NCBI GenBank assembly: GCA_951406725.2 | Contig: OX597840.1 | Span: 20,522,001-20,586,000 of the forward strand | Reading direction: 5' to 3' | Length of the DNA stretch: 64,000 nt | Source: Octopus vulgaris | Taxonomy: Eukaryota | Part shown: piece after piece, positions 42,150 to 56,042 of the stretch | Layout of the letters: each line of letters opens with the position of its first letter | Position numbering within the stretch: the first letter of the stretch is position 1 | The notes under the pieces: generated by a model | Told to the model about the DNA's origin: nothing | What the model saw: only the letters and a program-made list of their open reading frames with translations | Database searches by the model: none | Made by a program: the position numbers and the translations under genes

Positions 42150-42548
42150 TCCAAACAAGAAAGCACAAAAAAAAACACAACAACGCGAGGACGTGGAACA
42201 AATATAGTATTATTGGACGCTCATGAAAGAAGGAAAGGAGGAGGGTTTAACGTTTCGAGCGGAGCTCTTCATCGGAAACATAGGAGAAGGAAAGATCCAG
42301 AGAAGGGAAGACAGAGGGGAAAAAAATCATATATATATATATATAACTATTTGGTCTTTGGGTAGTATGCAGATTAAAGCACTTTCACTGTTTAGGCTAC
42401 CCTGATATCATCCACAATTTTGATATAAGTGTCACTGGATCTATTTCAGGAATTCCGCAGTATTCGTTGGTTATGGCCAACAACCTACTGGCAAGAAGAT
42501 GCCAAGCGAAACCGGTATATTTAGTGAGGGGGACTTCTTTAAAATAAG

Positions 42549-42652
42549 TCACCTGATGAGATGCATCTGCACCGGAAGATGCAACACAACCAGTTGTACA
42601 GTATGTTGCCGGCAAGGAACCGATGCAAGATGGGTCGAAACGATCGTTGTGA
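42549..42652 (+). ncRNA. Type I hammerhead ribozyme motif with extended helix II
   Basis: UCAC [CUGAUGA] GAUGCAUC...GAUGCA..UC [GAAA] CGAUCG [UU] GUGA. Helix III is the palindrome ACGAUCGU; the element is bounded by (TA)n. Confidence 0.75.
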
Positions 42653-42923
42653 GGAATAAAGATTCCCGCGAACTTAATTTTCCGTTTCCCTCATTATATA
42701 AATAAATAAATATATATATATATTGGAAGGTTTGGAGATGATGTACAGGTATTATATATTAGAAGAAATGAGGTATTCAGAAAATTGGATGGTTTATATT
42801 TACAGATATTTATTTGTATATTACATTTTTTATATATCATATAACTTAGATCATGTTTTAGCGCTTTCTCCCATTCTAGTGGGGTTTTCAAATCAAACTA
42901 AGTTCCTGTGTGAGGAGTTCTGA

Positions 42924-43064
42924 CCATTTGCACTTGGAATATCCAATACTAAGTTCCATTTAAACTGCAATGGTAAAACATGCGTAGGAACTAAATATTC
43001 ATACTAGAGCTTTACCATTGCAGTTTAAATGGAACTTAGTATTGGATATTCCAAGTGCAAATGG
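42924..43064. repeat. Perfect inverted repeat, 54-bp arms, 33-bp spacer
   Basis: 42924-42977 is the reverse complement of 43011-43064. Confidence 0.93.
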
Positions 43065-43163
43065 ATGCCTAACAACAATAAAACATAAGGGAAACCTCTG
43101 TAACAGAATACGCGTGTGTATTTTGACGGTGACTTTATTTGCAAACCGGCAAATGCATATCTA

Positions 43164-43251
<88 letters not shown>

Positions 43252-43911
43252 AAATTCCGCTGAGGTCGACTTTGCAACATCGACTGGCTTTGAGGGTTAA
43301 CTCGTATGGAGCAGGAATAAAGGGGTTCCTCTGGATTACACCCGCCAAGGTGTTGCTCCGGCATGGCCGCAGTTCATGACTGAAAGACAAAAGATAAAAG
43401 ACGTAGGGGTGGGGTTGGGCGGAACTAAAAGAACAATAAAACATTAAAAAAAAATTAGATTAACAAAACAAGAAAATTACTGTCACGTGATATTCGTCAT
43501 CATCGATGACAAATAAAGAAAACGAAATAGGATATTATCTCGTGGAATATCTCACGTAGTCTGTCTCGTATTAGCGGAGAGATTTCATGTTGGTGGTGGT
43601 GGTGGTCATGGCGATGGTGTAAGTGGTGGCGATGGTGATAGTGTTTGTTTGTGATTATGGTGGTAGTGATAGTAGTAGTGGTGGCGGTGGTGGTGGTGGC
43701 GATGGTGGTAGTGATGGTGGTGGCAATGGTGGTAGTGATGGTGGTGGCGGTGGTGGTGGTGGCAATGGTGGTAGTGATGGTGGTGGCGGCAATGGTGGTA
43801 GTGATGGTGGTGGTGGTAGACAGATAGATAGATAAATAGATAGACGAACAGACAGGTAGACAGATAGATGGATAGATATAGATAAATAGATAGATTGATG
43901 TACAGACAGAC

Positions 43912-44225
<314 letters not shown>

Positions 44226-44317
44226 AAGAAAAGAACAAAAAAAATAAAGAAAAAATAAAAGAAAAAATAAAAAGAAAAAAGAAAAGGAAAAGGAACAAAA
44301 GAAAAGAGAAATGAAAA

Positions 44318-44378
<61 letters not shown>

Positions 44379-46270
44379 AAAACAGTCAGACAGGCAGGCA
44401 GGCAGGCAGGCAGGTAAGCGGGCAGATAGATATTTAGATAGGTGTATAGACAGACATGATTGACCGTTAGCCACTAAACCTTTTTTTAATTTTCTCTCCC
44501 TGTTTATTTCTGTGTTCCTTTCTGTCAAAGAGCATCGGCTCGAAACGTAAACGACTTTCTCACTTCTCGAGCGTTAAACTAATACATCTGTTGGTTTTGT
44601 ACACACCCGTCTTCGTCTTTTATTTTATTATTATTTTTTTTTTTTTTTGTAAATTCCAACTGTATAGACAGACAAACTGACAGACGGATGGACAGACAGA
44701 CAGATAGATGGACAGATAGATAGATAGATAGATAGACAGGCAGACAGGCTAGAAGATAGAAAGATAGATAAATAGTGTATCTTGAGATTTTTCCGACTCA
44801 CAATATTCCATTTCCTTCCAGCTGGTCTAATCCTTAAGTCAAATAATTCAAATGGTTGCTTAGTGGTGGTGGTGGTGGTGGGAGGTGGTGAAGAGTGGAC
44901 AGAATGAAGATAATATCAGGATAGATGGCTTTGACGGGTAGCGGGGTCCGTGGGGTGGTAGTTAGACATTGCGAGGATGGTGGTGGTGGTTGTGATGGTG
45001 GTGGAGGTGGCGGCGATGGTGTTGTAGTTGTTGACGGTGGTGGTGGTGGTGGTGATGGTGGTGGTGATGGTGGTGGTGGTGGTGGTGATGGTGGTGGTGG
45101 TTGTGATGGTGTAGTTGTTGTTGACGGTGGTGGTGATGGTGGTGGTGGCGATGGTGGTGGTGGTGGTGGTGGTAGTGGTGATGGTGGTGGTGGTGATGGT
45201 GGTGGTAGTGGTGATGGTGGTGGTGGTAGTGGTGGTGGTGGTGATGGTGGTGCGGCGGTGCTACTGCTGCAAGAGCTGCTGGCGGCGCCGGTGGTGGTGG
45301 TGGTGGTGGTGTTAATGGTCGCGGTGGTTAGCGTTAGTGTTGTGGTTGTTGTGGTGGTTGTGATGGTGGGGTGGTCATAGTGGTTGCGGTGAACCAGCTG
45401 TCCTTCGTGTCAGGGGTCGCTGGTCGGAGTTTTGTTAAGGAGTGGACACATGTAAGGTACGGGTGGATGAAATGGGTGTGGCAGGAGGTGGATGGAGGGA
45501 GAAGATAGGATGGGGGTGCGGGGTCGAACAAAGATTCTCTCTCTCTCTCACACACACACACACACCGGAACGTGACTCTGTATGTCCCGGCAAAGATTTT
45601 CATAGAAGGTAGATTAAGAGTAGCTTTTCACCACCACCACCACCACCACCACCACCACCACCACCACCACCACCACCACCACCACCACCACCACCACCAC
45701 CACCACCACCACCACCACCACCACCACCACCACCACCACCACCGCCACACTACCATCACCAACACCAGCACCACCACCACCAGCACCACCACCATCAGCA
45801 CCGCCACCACCACCACCACAACCACACACCACCACCACACACCACCACAACAACACACCACCACCACACATACACCACCACTACCACACACCACCATCGT
45901 CACCACCACCAACACCACCGTCAACAACAGCAACACCACTATCGCCGCCACCTCCACCACCACCACCACCCACCACCACCACCACCACCACCCACCACCA
46001 CCATCGCCGCCACATCCACCACTACCTATGCGCTGTCATCATCACCATCACGATCAACAACAGTAATACCAGTAACATCATTCCATCACCGCCCATCTAC
46101 ATCATCATTATCATCATTACCACTACCATCACCATCACCACAGCCATATCAATGCCGACCCACGCCACCACCACCATCTCCACCGCCCTTAACAAACGCA
46201 ACCACGATACTGACGATGATGATAATGACGACAACGACAATGATAATGTTGGTGAGGATGATGGTGGTAG

Positions 46271-46309
<39 letters not shown>

Positions 46310-46526
46310 CGACGATGATGATGATGATGGTGATGATGATGACGATGACAGTGACAATGATAATGTTGATGGTGGTTATGATGATGATGATGATGGTGAT
46401 GGTGGTGGTGGTGGTGGTGGTGATAGCGATGGTTGTCACAACTGTTTAATGACAACTGGCATGTGCTAATAAAACGGTCTCCCTCTCTCGCTCCACCATT
46501 TCTTACATATAGCCACAGCAATATAT

Positions 46527-46563
<37 letters not shown>

Positions 46564-46591
46564 CTCACAAACACCTATACACACGTACGCA

Positions 46592-46648
<57 letters not shown>

Positions 46649-46737
46649 ATCTATACCACCCACAAATGTACATACATACATACATACAGATAGCGCTTTG
46701 AGTAAATGTTCTTATTTGCATATATATATATATATGC

Positions 46738-46769
<32 letters not shown>

Positions 46770-46815
46770 ATGTATATATGTGTGTTTATGTGTTTATATT
46801 CTTGTTGATAATGCA

Positions 46816-46867
<52 letters not shown>

Positions 46868-46961
46868 TTATACATACAGATATGTCTGTACTTCAAACAA
46901 TACATATACATGCTTAAAGATATAAACACACATATATATATATAATATATGTGTGTGTGTG

Positions 46962-47018
<57 letters not shown>

Positions 47019-47046
47019 TATAAATATATACAAACATGTGTATACA

Positions 47047-47090
<44 letters not shown>

Positions 47091-47764
47091 GACGCAAACC
47101 TACTGAAAAGTCCCAAAACGCTGAACAAACACCAGGAGAGCTAATGGCGGCGGTTATCGACATCGTTTTACATAGCTGAGTATACAATGATCCGTCCACC
47201 AGCTCGGGGTCGGGTCAGAGTTGAAGAGTGAGAGGTCAACAGTGTGTAAAGGTCAACAGGGAAGACCACAATGTTATGCAGACAATTGCCAAAGTTAATC
47301 TTTGGACAAACTTGGCAGTGGATTATCTTTTTTTATTATTCCCTTTCGGTCTCTTCATCTCTCTGTCCTTCATTTCGGCTTCTTTTCAGCCTTCTCTCTA
47401 CTTCTCTGCACCTCCCCCCTCTCTCTCTCTCTCTCTTTCCTTGTCCGTCTCTGTCCCTTTCTAAAAATATATATGTGTGTATGTATACATGGGTATATAT
47501 ATATATATACATACATACATGCATGTATATATCTATATGTACATTTATATATATATATATACACACATATATATGTATACATATATTTATATCTATATGT
47601 ACATACACACACACATATATAAATATATATACATATATGTATATATATATATGTATAAATATGTATATATATATATAATGTATATATATATATATAGAAA
47701 TATGTATATATATGCATATATAATATGTATATATATAGAAAAATGTATATATATGCATATATAT

Positions 47765-47807
<43 letters not shown>

Positions 47808-48138
47808 TGAATTTATATATGTATATACATATGTATACAAATATATATATATATATATACGTATGCACACACACGCATATATATACACATACATACATAT
47901 ATATGTATATATATATTTATATATATATCTGTGTTTGTGTGTATATACATGTATACATAAAAATGCACTACATAGGTATACACACACACATGAACTCCTT
48001 GCATTGTATATTATATACACCATAGCCTTCCGTGTTTGTATACACTCACTAATTTCAAAGAGAAGGCAATGCCGTCCACCAGGAAGCGAAAAGCGAAGGA
48101 AACATCTCGAAGAAAAGATCGACTGACCGACCAGACGA

Positions 48139-48220
<82 letters not shown>

Positions 48221-48427
48221 CATCGCGACCGCATTCGACCTGATGTACGCAACGGTCACACGGACAGGCGTATGCGTCGGATAGAACAGACAAACACACT
48301 CGTACATACACAAGGAAAGACTCGTGCAGTTATGAGTAGAACAGACTTGAAGAGACGTAAACAGACGCAGTAATAGATACGTGTATGAATTTATGTGCCT
48401 GGATGGTTAGCAATTCGCTTACCCTGT

Positions 48428-48581
48428 AGTAAGAAGCTTGCTTACCAACCACATGGTTCTGAGTTCAGTCCCACTGCTTGACAATTTGGACAAGTGTCTT
48501 CTTCTATAGCTTCAGGCCGACCAAAACCTTGTGAGTGCATTTGGTGGACGGAAACTGAAAGAAGCCCGACGTATATATGTA

Positions 48582-48673
<92 letters not shown>

Positions 48674-48985
48674 CATATATACATATAGGCGTAGGAGTGG
48701 CTGTGTGGTAAGTAGCTTGCTTACCAACCACATGGTTCCGGGTTCAGTCCCACTGCATGGCACCTTGGGCAAGTGTCTTCTTCTATAGCCTCGGGCCGAC
48801 CAAAGCCTTGTGAGTGGATTTGGTAGACGGAAACTGAAAGAAGCCTGTCGTATATATATGTGTGTGTATTTATTTGTCCTCCGCCACCGCTTGAAACCGG
48901 TGTTGGTGTGTTTAAGTCCCCGTTACTTAGCAGTTCAAAATATATCGATAGAATAAGTATCAGTCTTAGAAAATAGAAGTACTGA
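48428..48985 (+). mobile_element. Two tandem SINE family A copies (head only 48428-48575; head plus partial tail 48688-48985)
   Basis: GGCGTAGGAGTGGCTGTGTGGTAAG at 48688. Confidence 0.85.
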
Positions 48986-49079
48986 GGGTAAAGAATGGCT
49001 ACCAGAAGGATCGAGTTGAGCAGATACGGAGGCAATTATGCAGATAAACTAATCAGGCATTTGGTGTATCTAATATACT

Positions 49080-49480
49080 TTTTTACTTGTTTCAGTCATT
49101 TGACTGCGGCCATGCTGGAGCACCACCTTTAGTCGAGCAACTCGACCCCGGGACTTATTCTTTTTTGTAAGCCCAGTACTTATTCTATCGGTTTCTTTTG
49201 CCGAACCACTAAGTGACGGGGGCATAATCACACCAGCATCGGTTGTCAAGCAATGCTAGGGGGACAAACACAGACACACAAACATACACACACACACACA
49301 TATATATATATACATATATACGACGGGCTTCTTTCAGTTTCCGTCTACCAAATCCACTCACAAGGCTTTGGTCGGCTCGAGGCTATAGTAGAAGACACTT
49401 GCCCAAGAGGCCACGCAGTGGGACTGAACCCGGAACCATGTGGTTGGTAAGCAAGCTACTTACCACACAGCCACTCCTGT
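49080..49480 (-). mobile_element. SINE family A, full length
   Basis: Near-identical to 1213-1600. Confidence 0.9.
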
Positions 49481-50044
49481 GTTTAATATATTTGATGTGT
49501 CTAATTTGCTTATCTACATAATTGCTTACACACACACACGTGTGTGTGTGTGTGTGTGTGTTCGTATCAGTAATCTTAGTGCAAACGGTTTAAGAAAGAA
49601 AAAACAAAGCGTAACAAGTGAAATGGCGTAAAACGCGTCCATATTGTAAGGAAACTGCAACGGAAATACATTGAAACCCAGTTTAAAAGTGTTTAACAGA
49701 AGAAGGTCAATGGTGAAGAAAATGGTCAAAAAATGGTTCTCTTACTCACTCGGCAGATGCATTTTATGCAGGGATCTTCTGATATGAGAGGTATATACAC
49801 TTCCTTTCCTTCATCGACACACTTGGCATCGGATCCTGCAAAATATGGAGCGATTTATTAACAGGGGTCAAACGTGTTAAACTGCTGAAGTAATCATGTA
49901 TGTAAGTATGTATGTATGTATGTATGTATGTATGTATGTATGTGTGTATGTATGTGTGTATGTATGTATGTATGTATGTGCGTGCGTGTGTATGTATGTA
50001 TGTATGTTTGTATGTATGTAAGAATCTATCTATCTCTGTGATAC

Positions 50045-50232
50045 ACGATCCCTATTGATCGTTTTTTTCTTTTTTTCGTTTCTTTTTTGCTTTTGTCTTT
50101 TTTTTCTTCCTTTCTACGATCCCTTTTGATCGAAAACCTACCCCACTCCTTTTTTTTTCTTCCCCAAAAGAAAAGCTCTACTTTGTAATTTGTCCCCTCT
50201 GTGTCCAGCCCTGATTGGCTATTAAAGAAACA
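50045..50232 (+). mobile_element. 3' end of a (TATC)n-tailed retroelement
   Basis: CGATCCC..GATCG hairpins, T-rich UTR, TGTCCCCTCTGTGTCCAGCCCTGATTGGCTATTAAAGAAAC, then (TATC)n. Confidence 0.7.
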
Positions 50233-50300
<68 letters not shown>

Positions 50301-50319
50301 CATCCATCCATCCATCCAT

Positions 50320-50365
<46 letters not shown>

Positions 50366-50374
50366 GTCTGTCTC

Positions 50375-50800
50375 CCGCCCCAGAGATCTCTCTCTTGCGC
50401 AGGCCTTCATCGCGTCCCGTATACCTTCGGCTGTTATCGGCATTTCGTAGAATTCCGCATCCCTGGCCGAGAAGTGCGTCACGCCACTGAGATAGGAGGT
50501 GGAAATCCACCTGCGTCTCAGAACCACCGTGCGCCCCGTACAGTTCGGCGAAGTACCGCTAAAATTTCCGCACACATCTGCTTGGACTCGGTTATCATGC
50601 GCCCAACACAGCTCGCCAAAGACCGAGTTATTGCTTTTCCCTAAGAAGCGCCTCTGCACCTGGGCCCATGGAAAGGCTCACGTCCGGGACCACCAACTTC
50701 GAGATCCAGGCCTTTCCTAAACAGCACTGCCACCTCGCCTCCCATTCCGGACCGACTAAGAGATGCGTTGGGGCTAAACGCACACAGGAACCCAGTGCCT
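50375..50800 (-). mobile_element. L1/Tx1-like ORF2 fragment (region just upstream of the RT)
   Basis: Minus frames give RKF*RYFAELYG and SARDAEFYEMPITAEGIRDAMKACARERSLG, matching the F..YF..LY ... E.PIT.EE...A.....KSPG pattern. GC-rich and frameshifted. Confidence 0.65.
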
Positions 50801-50900
50801 GGTCCCTAGTGTTTCTATTAACAAACCGGAACAAGGTTTAAACGGGAAAAAGCGACAACAAAACTTTTAAACAAGACTTACTTCAGGCGTTCGAAAGTAA

Positions 50901-50902
<2 letters not shown>

Positions 50903-50939
<37 letters not shown>

Positions 50940-51052
50940 TAATAATAATGATGATGATAATAATGATAATAATGATGATGATAATAATGATAGTAATAAT
51001 AATAATAATAATGATGATAATAATAATAATAATAATAATGATAATAATAATG

Positions 51053-51092
<40 letters not shown>

Positions 51093-51243
51093 TAATAATG
51101 AGAAGAAGAAGAAGAAGAAGAAGAAGAAGAAGAAGAAGAAGAAGAAGACGACGACGACGACGACGACGAAGAAGAAGAAGAAGAAGAAGAAGAAGAAGAA
51201 GAAGAAGAAGAAGAAGAAGAAGAAGAAGAAGAAGAAGAAGAAG
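50903..51243. repeat. (AAT)n followed by (AAG)n/(ACG)n microsatellite
   Basis: Read directly. Confidence 0.95.
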
Positions 51244-52047
51244 AATAGAAAGAGAGGTTGATAAGAGCAACAACAACAACAAAAAACTGAACAACACGGA
51301 ACTGACAAAAAAAATATATATATAATAGATCCTTAAAAGAAAAAAAAAACGCAGCCAAATCTAAAGAAGGGATCTGAGGCTACGCTTGACGAAATTTCCA
51401 TTATGAACTCCGTGGGAAAGAATCTGTCAGTTTAGTGAGATAGATTTGTATGTATGTATGTATGTTTGTACATTAAATATAAAAACGAGAGAGAGAGAGA
51501 GAGTGAGAGAGAATACAATTGAATTTATAGACGCCGTCTGCTTCGCATCCATGGAATATATTTTCAATTCAGTTACGATTATGAAAAAAATTTTTTATTC
51601 ATAAAGTTTATAAGTTAATAATTACAATTGCAAGTATGGATTTCTTTGATGTCTTCGGGCAACACATCTGGTTGATTTCTTCTTTCTAATCATAGATTCG
51701 TACTTAGCTTGACCTGATACACATTTCCGAAGTCTCGGCTGTCGATCGTAGGGGCTTTAGCCGATGCAACTCGCCATCTATAAATATAATAGTATATTAT
51801 GTGGCTTTCGTTCTTTATACGCTTTTCCCTGAAGAAGCATTAAATCAAATTTGCTAAACAGGGTTTGGCTTGTTGCACAAGAAGAGCATTCTACTGGGAG
51901 TTCGAATGTAATTACGTGTGTATTTTTATATTCATGTGGTATGCAAAGTAGACTACAGTCTCTTATAAAGTATCGATTTTTGAGTTGATTTTAGTCCCAC
52001 GGGCAGCAGTCGAATTTTTCCATCCAAAACGGTTTCACAAACCGATC

Positions 52048-52137
<90 letters not shown>

Positions 52138-52140
52138 TAA

Positions 52141-52389
52141 ATGCGCCCTTTTAAAGCCTAGCCAGGCTCATGGGCTCGGTTTCCCGGTTTCTATGGCGTA
52201 TGTGTTCCCAAGCTGGACGGGACGCCAGTCCATCGCAGTGTTACTCATTTTTGCTAACTGAGTGAACTGGAGCAATGTGAAATGAAGTGTTTTGCTCAAG
52301 AACACAACGCGTCGCCCGGTCCAGGGATCGAAACCACAATCTTACGATCATGGTGCTGACACCCTAACCACTAAGCCACGCGCCTCCAC
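52141..52389 (-). mobile_element. SINE family D (tRNA-derived)
   Basis: Minus strand GGAGGCGCGTGGCTTAGTGGTTAGGG...GGTTTCGATCCC...GTTCTTGAGCAAAACACTT. A head fragment also occurs at 62207-62290(+). Confidence 0.85.
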
Positions 52390-52457
52390 ACATATATATA
52401 TACACATACATACACACACTCTCTCTCTCTCACACACACACACATATATATACATAT

Positions 52458-52490
<33 letters not shown>

Positions 52491-52526
52491 TATATATACA
52501 CATACATACACAGATACACACACACT

Positions 52527-52558
<32 letters not shown>

Positions 52559-53154
52559 CACACACATGCATATATATCTCTGTGTGTGTATATGTATGTC
52601 TTTGTATGAGTGTTTGTATGTGTGTGTATGTATGTATGTATGTGGGTGTTTGCATAGCGCGTGCGCGTGTGTCTGTGTGTCTTCAATGGATACGTGACTG
52701 CCATCCTGCAAAGGCCTTAGTACCAAATCCTTCGCCAATCGTCTTCGTTTGTTTATAATTTCCAGCAATATCAGCAAGATTAGGGAACGAAAAACATTTG
52801 TCGACCATTTCAGCCGATTCTTAGAGAGACAGGAAGACTAAACAGTAAACCTCTCCACGAAGGAAGACACAATAGTTCAACCTAAAACAACAACAAGAAA
52901 ACAAAAAAGTGATTGATGGGGTTAATTTGCGGGTCAACTGTGAACAGAGTCCCCAGGTATTTAACAACCGGTGTTGTATGACATCCTATTGTATACTCAT
53001 CAATGCGCCATCATATCTCTGGTGTGTTACGACTGTTAAAAACTAATGAGCGTGCCTTTACTCGGTCGTTCGATCTGCTAGGAGTAACAACCAATTCTCT
53101 CTCAAATCCTATCCTAATATAGCGTCTGAAGAGAAGAGGAAAGATATTTTGAAA

Positions 53155-54322
53155 TCTCTCTATATATATAAAGCTGAAGTTGTCTGTGTATGGCAGGTTT
53201 GGTAGCCTTCAACTAACACTGTCTCTTCCGAGACCCTGTGGTGCAAGTTGACCAAAACTGAGAGTATGATAGAAGAAGGCTTGCTCTTCCTTCCGTAGAA
53301 GAAAAAATTCAAACTGGACCATGTTAACACCAAAAATTATTTACATCAAAAAGGTGCTTTTTTCTATGAAAAGCCCTATTTTTTACGATTTTTTGATTGT
53401 TGTGTCGCCATTTTTCGGTGTATTTCAACGAGAAAAATGTTCACTCAAAGAGAATAACAAGCTACATAATGCAAAATTTTTACTTTTCAAAAATTCCTAT
53501 TCTAAAGGGTCGAAACAAACCCGAGCAATGCCGGGCTATACTGTTGGTATATATATAAAGCTGAAGTTGTCTGTGTATGGCAGGTTTAGTAGCCTTCAAC
53601 TAACACTATCTCCTTCGAGACCCTGTGGCGCAAGTTGACCAAAATTGAAAGTATGATAATAGAAGGCTTGCTCTTCCTTCCGTAGAAGAAAACATTCAAA
53701 TCGGACCATGTTAACACCAAAAATTATTTACATCAAAAAGGTGCTTTTTTCTATGAAAAGCCCTATTTTTTACGATTTTTTGATTGTTGTGTCGCCATTT
53801 TTCGGTGTATTTCAACGAGAAAAATGTTCACTCAAAGAGAATAACAAGCTACATAATGCAAAATTTTTACTTTTCAAAAATTCCTATTCTAAAGGGTCGA
53901 AACAAACCCGAGCAATGCCGGGCTATACTGTTGGTATATATATAAAGCTGAAGTTGTCTGTGTATGGCAGGTTTAGTAGCCTTCAACTAACACTATCTCC
54001 TTCGAGACCCTGTGGCGCAAGTTGACCAAAATTGAAAGTATGATAGAAGAAGGCTTGCTCTTCCTTCCGTAGAAGAAAACATTCAAATCGGACCATGTTA
54101 ACACCAAAAATTATTTACATCAAAAAGGTGCTTTTTTTCTATGAAAATCCCTATTTTTTACAATTTTTTGACTGCTGTGTCTCCATTTTTCGGTGTATTT
54201 CAACGAGAAAAATGTTCACTTAAAGAGAATAACAAGCTACATAAGGAAAAATTTTTACTTTTCAAAAATTCCAATTCTAAAGGGTCGAAACAAACCCGAG
54301 CAACGCCGGGCAATACTGCTAG
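53155..54322 (+). mobile_element. Non-autonomous Helitron, three head-to-tail copies (387-bp period)
   Basis: 5' A|TC start; 3' GC-rich hairpin CCCG-AGCAACGC-CGGG 8 bp before CTAG|T; no TSD seen. Confidence 0.85.
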
Positions 54323-54751
54323 TATTTTGTTAAAATACAAATACAAAAAAGAAGCAAAAGTTGGATTCGGTTCGGAGTCGTACAGTCAGTGTCGACAATA
54401 ATTAGAATAACAGACCTGTGAGTAAAAGTATACGGGAAGCCATTCGATGTACTAGAAATAGCAGCTAAATTACACCTCTTTATGAAGGAAGACACAATGG
54501 TTCGACTTAAAACAATAACAAGGAAAAAATGATTGATGGGGTTAATTTGGGGGTCATCTGTGAAAAGGGTCACCAGCTATTTAACGACAGTCGTAAATGA
54601 GGAATAATATTTACTGTGTGTTGTGACTGCTTAACACTAATGAGTGAGTCTCATAGTCGCTCGTTCGATCTGCTAGAAATAACAGCAAGTTTTCTCTCAA
54701 ATCATATCGTACATAATGTCTGTGGAAAAGAGGAAAGATATTTTGGGATAT

Positions 54752-55097
54752 TTAGCCTTTAAATGACGCCACCCCGCTGGCTGGGTGAGCAGGCCAACAT
54801 TCACCCGCCCCTGATTGAAAAGGGGACTGGAACAATGTGAAATGAAGTGTTTTGCTCAAGAACGCAACACACCGCCCAATCAGGGAATCGAACCCACGAT
54901 CTAGCGATCGTAAGGGCAACAGCCTACCACTAGGCCACGCGCAGGCCAACATTCCTCCCTGATCGAGAGGGGATTGGGGGCAACGTGAAATGAAGTGTTT
55001 TGCTCAAGAACACAACGCACCGCCCAGTCAGGGAATCGAACCCACGATCTAGCGATCGTGAGGGCAACAGCCAAACCTGTAAGCCACGCGCCTTCAC
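54752..55097 (-). mobile_element. SINE family D-related, tandemly duplicated head
   Basis: GTGAAATGAAGTGTTTTGCTCAAGAAC...CAGGGAATCGAACCCACGATC occurs twice. Confidence 0.8.
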
Positions 55098-55584
55098 GAA
55101 AAAAAATGGTCTCGGTTTGGAGTCGAACTGTCAGCGTCATCATAATAATTTAGTACCATCAGACGCAGGAACTAGAATAACAACAAACCAGTGAGTAAAA
55201 GTATATGTGTCGTTCAATGTACTAGAAATAGCAGTCAAATTACACCTCTCAACGAAGGACAGCTCAGTAGTTCAGCTTCAAACAATAGCAGAAACAAGTG
55301 ATTGATGGGGTTAATTTCGGGGTCAGCTGTGTAAAATGTTTATCCAGCTATTTAAAGGCTGGTGTGAGATGGTTATACGATGGGTTGTACTAAAAATGAG
55401 GAATGGTCATTTACAAAGCGTTTCGAATGTTTAAACCCAATGAGAGATCCTCTTAGTCAGTCGTTCGATCTGCTAGGAATAGTAGCGAATTCTCTCTCAA
55501 ATCATATCATACATAATGTCTGTGGAGGAGAGGAAAGACATTTTGAAAGATTTCGTCGCTCAAATACAAATACCAAAAATAAAA

Positions 55585-55938
55585 TCTTTATATATATAAA
55601 GCTGAAGTTGTCTGTGTGTGGCAGGTTTGGTAGCCTTCAACTAACACTATCTCCTCCGAGACCCTGCGGAGCACGTTGACCAAAATTGAGAGTATGATAG
55701 AAGAAGGCTTGCTCTTCCTTCCGTAGAAGAAAAAATTCAAACTGGACCATGTTAACACCAAAAATTATTTACATCAAAAAGGTGCTTTTTTTTTCTATGA
55801 AAATCTCTATTTTTTACGATTTTTTGACTGCTCTGTCGCCATTTTTCGGTGTATTTCAACCAGAAAAATGTTCACTTAAAGAGAATAACAAGCTACATAA
55901 TGCAGAATTTTTACTTTTCAAAAATTCCAATTCTAAAG
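55585..55938 (+). mobile_element. Fourth, 3'-truncated copy of the Helitron unit
   Basis: High identity to 53155-53510. Confidence 0.85.
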
Positions 55939-55939
55939 A

Positions 55940-56042
55940 ACCGCTGCAATGTGTGAATTTGAGAGGGGAGTATGTCGAATAAAATTATAATCAAATGATC
56001 CTCCTATATTTTCTTTTACCAGGAACTTTTCAGCCCCCCCCC
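55940..56042 (+). mobile_element. Mariner 3' end (C-terminus plus TIR)
   Basis: QCVNLRGEYVE* matches the mariner C-terminal C-x-x-x-x-G-x-Y-x-E motif, followed by CCAGGAACTTTTCAGCCC. Confidence 0.7.

Larger units (their letters stand above)
52840..55560. repeat. Three diverged tandem copies of a ~400-450-bp unit separated by TE insertions
   Basis: TGATTGATGGGGTTAATTT at ~52910, ~54530 and ~55298; TCGTTCGATCTGCTAG and GAGGAAAGAYATTTTG in each copy. Confidence 0.8.

Noticed and set aside
48420-48430. TACCCTGTAG matching the start of miR-10
   Set aside because: Only 10 nt match, the sequence continues into a SINE and there is no precursor hairpin.
51826-51870. Decayed HHR-like CTGAAGA-A-GCA..TGC-TAAA (and a lone 3' half at ~56380-56397)
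   Set aside because: The core is mutated or incomplete and helix I is unconvincing, so it was not counted.
53321-54025. Two identical 105-aa ORFs
   Set aside because: They are a by-product of the 387-bp Helitron unit and are frameshifted in the other copies.
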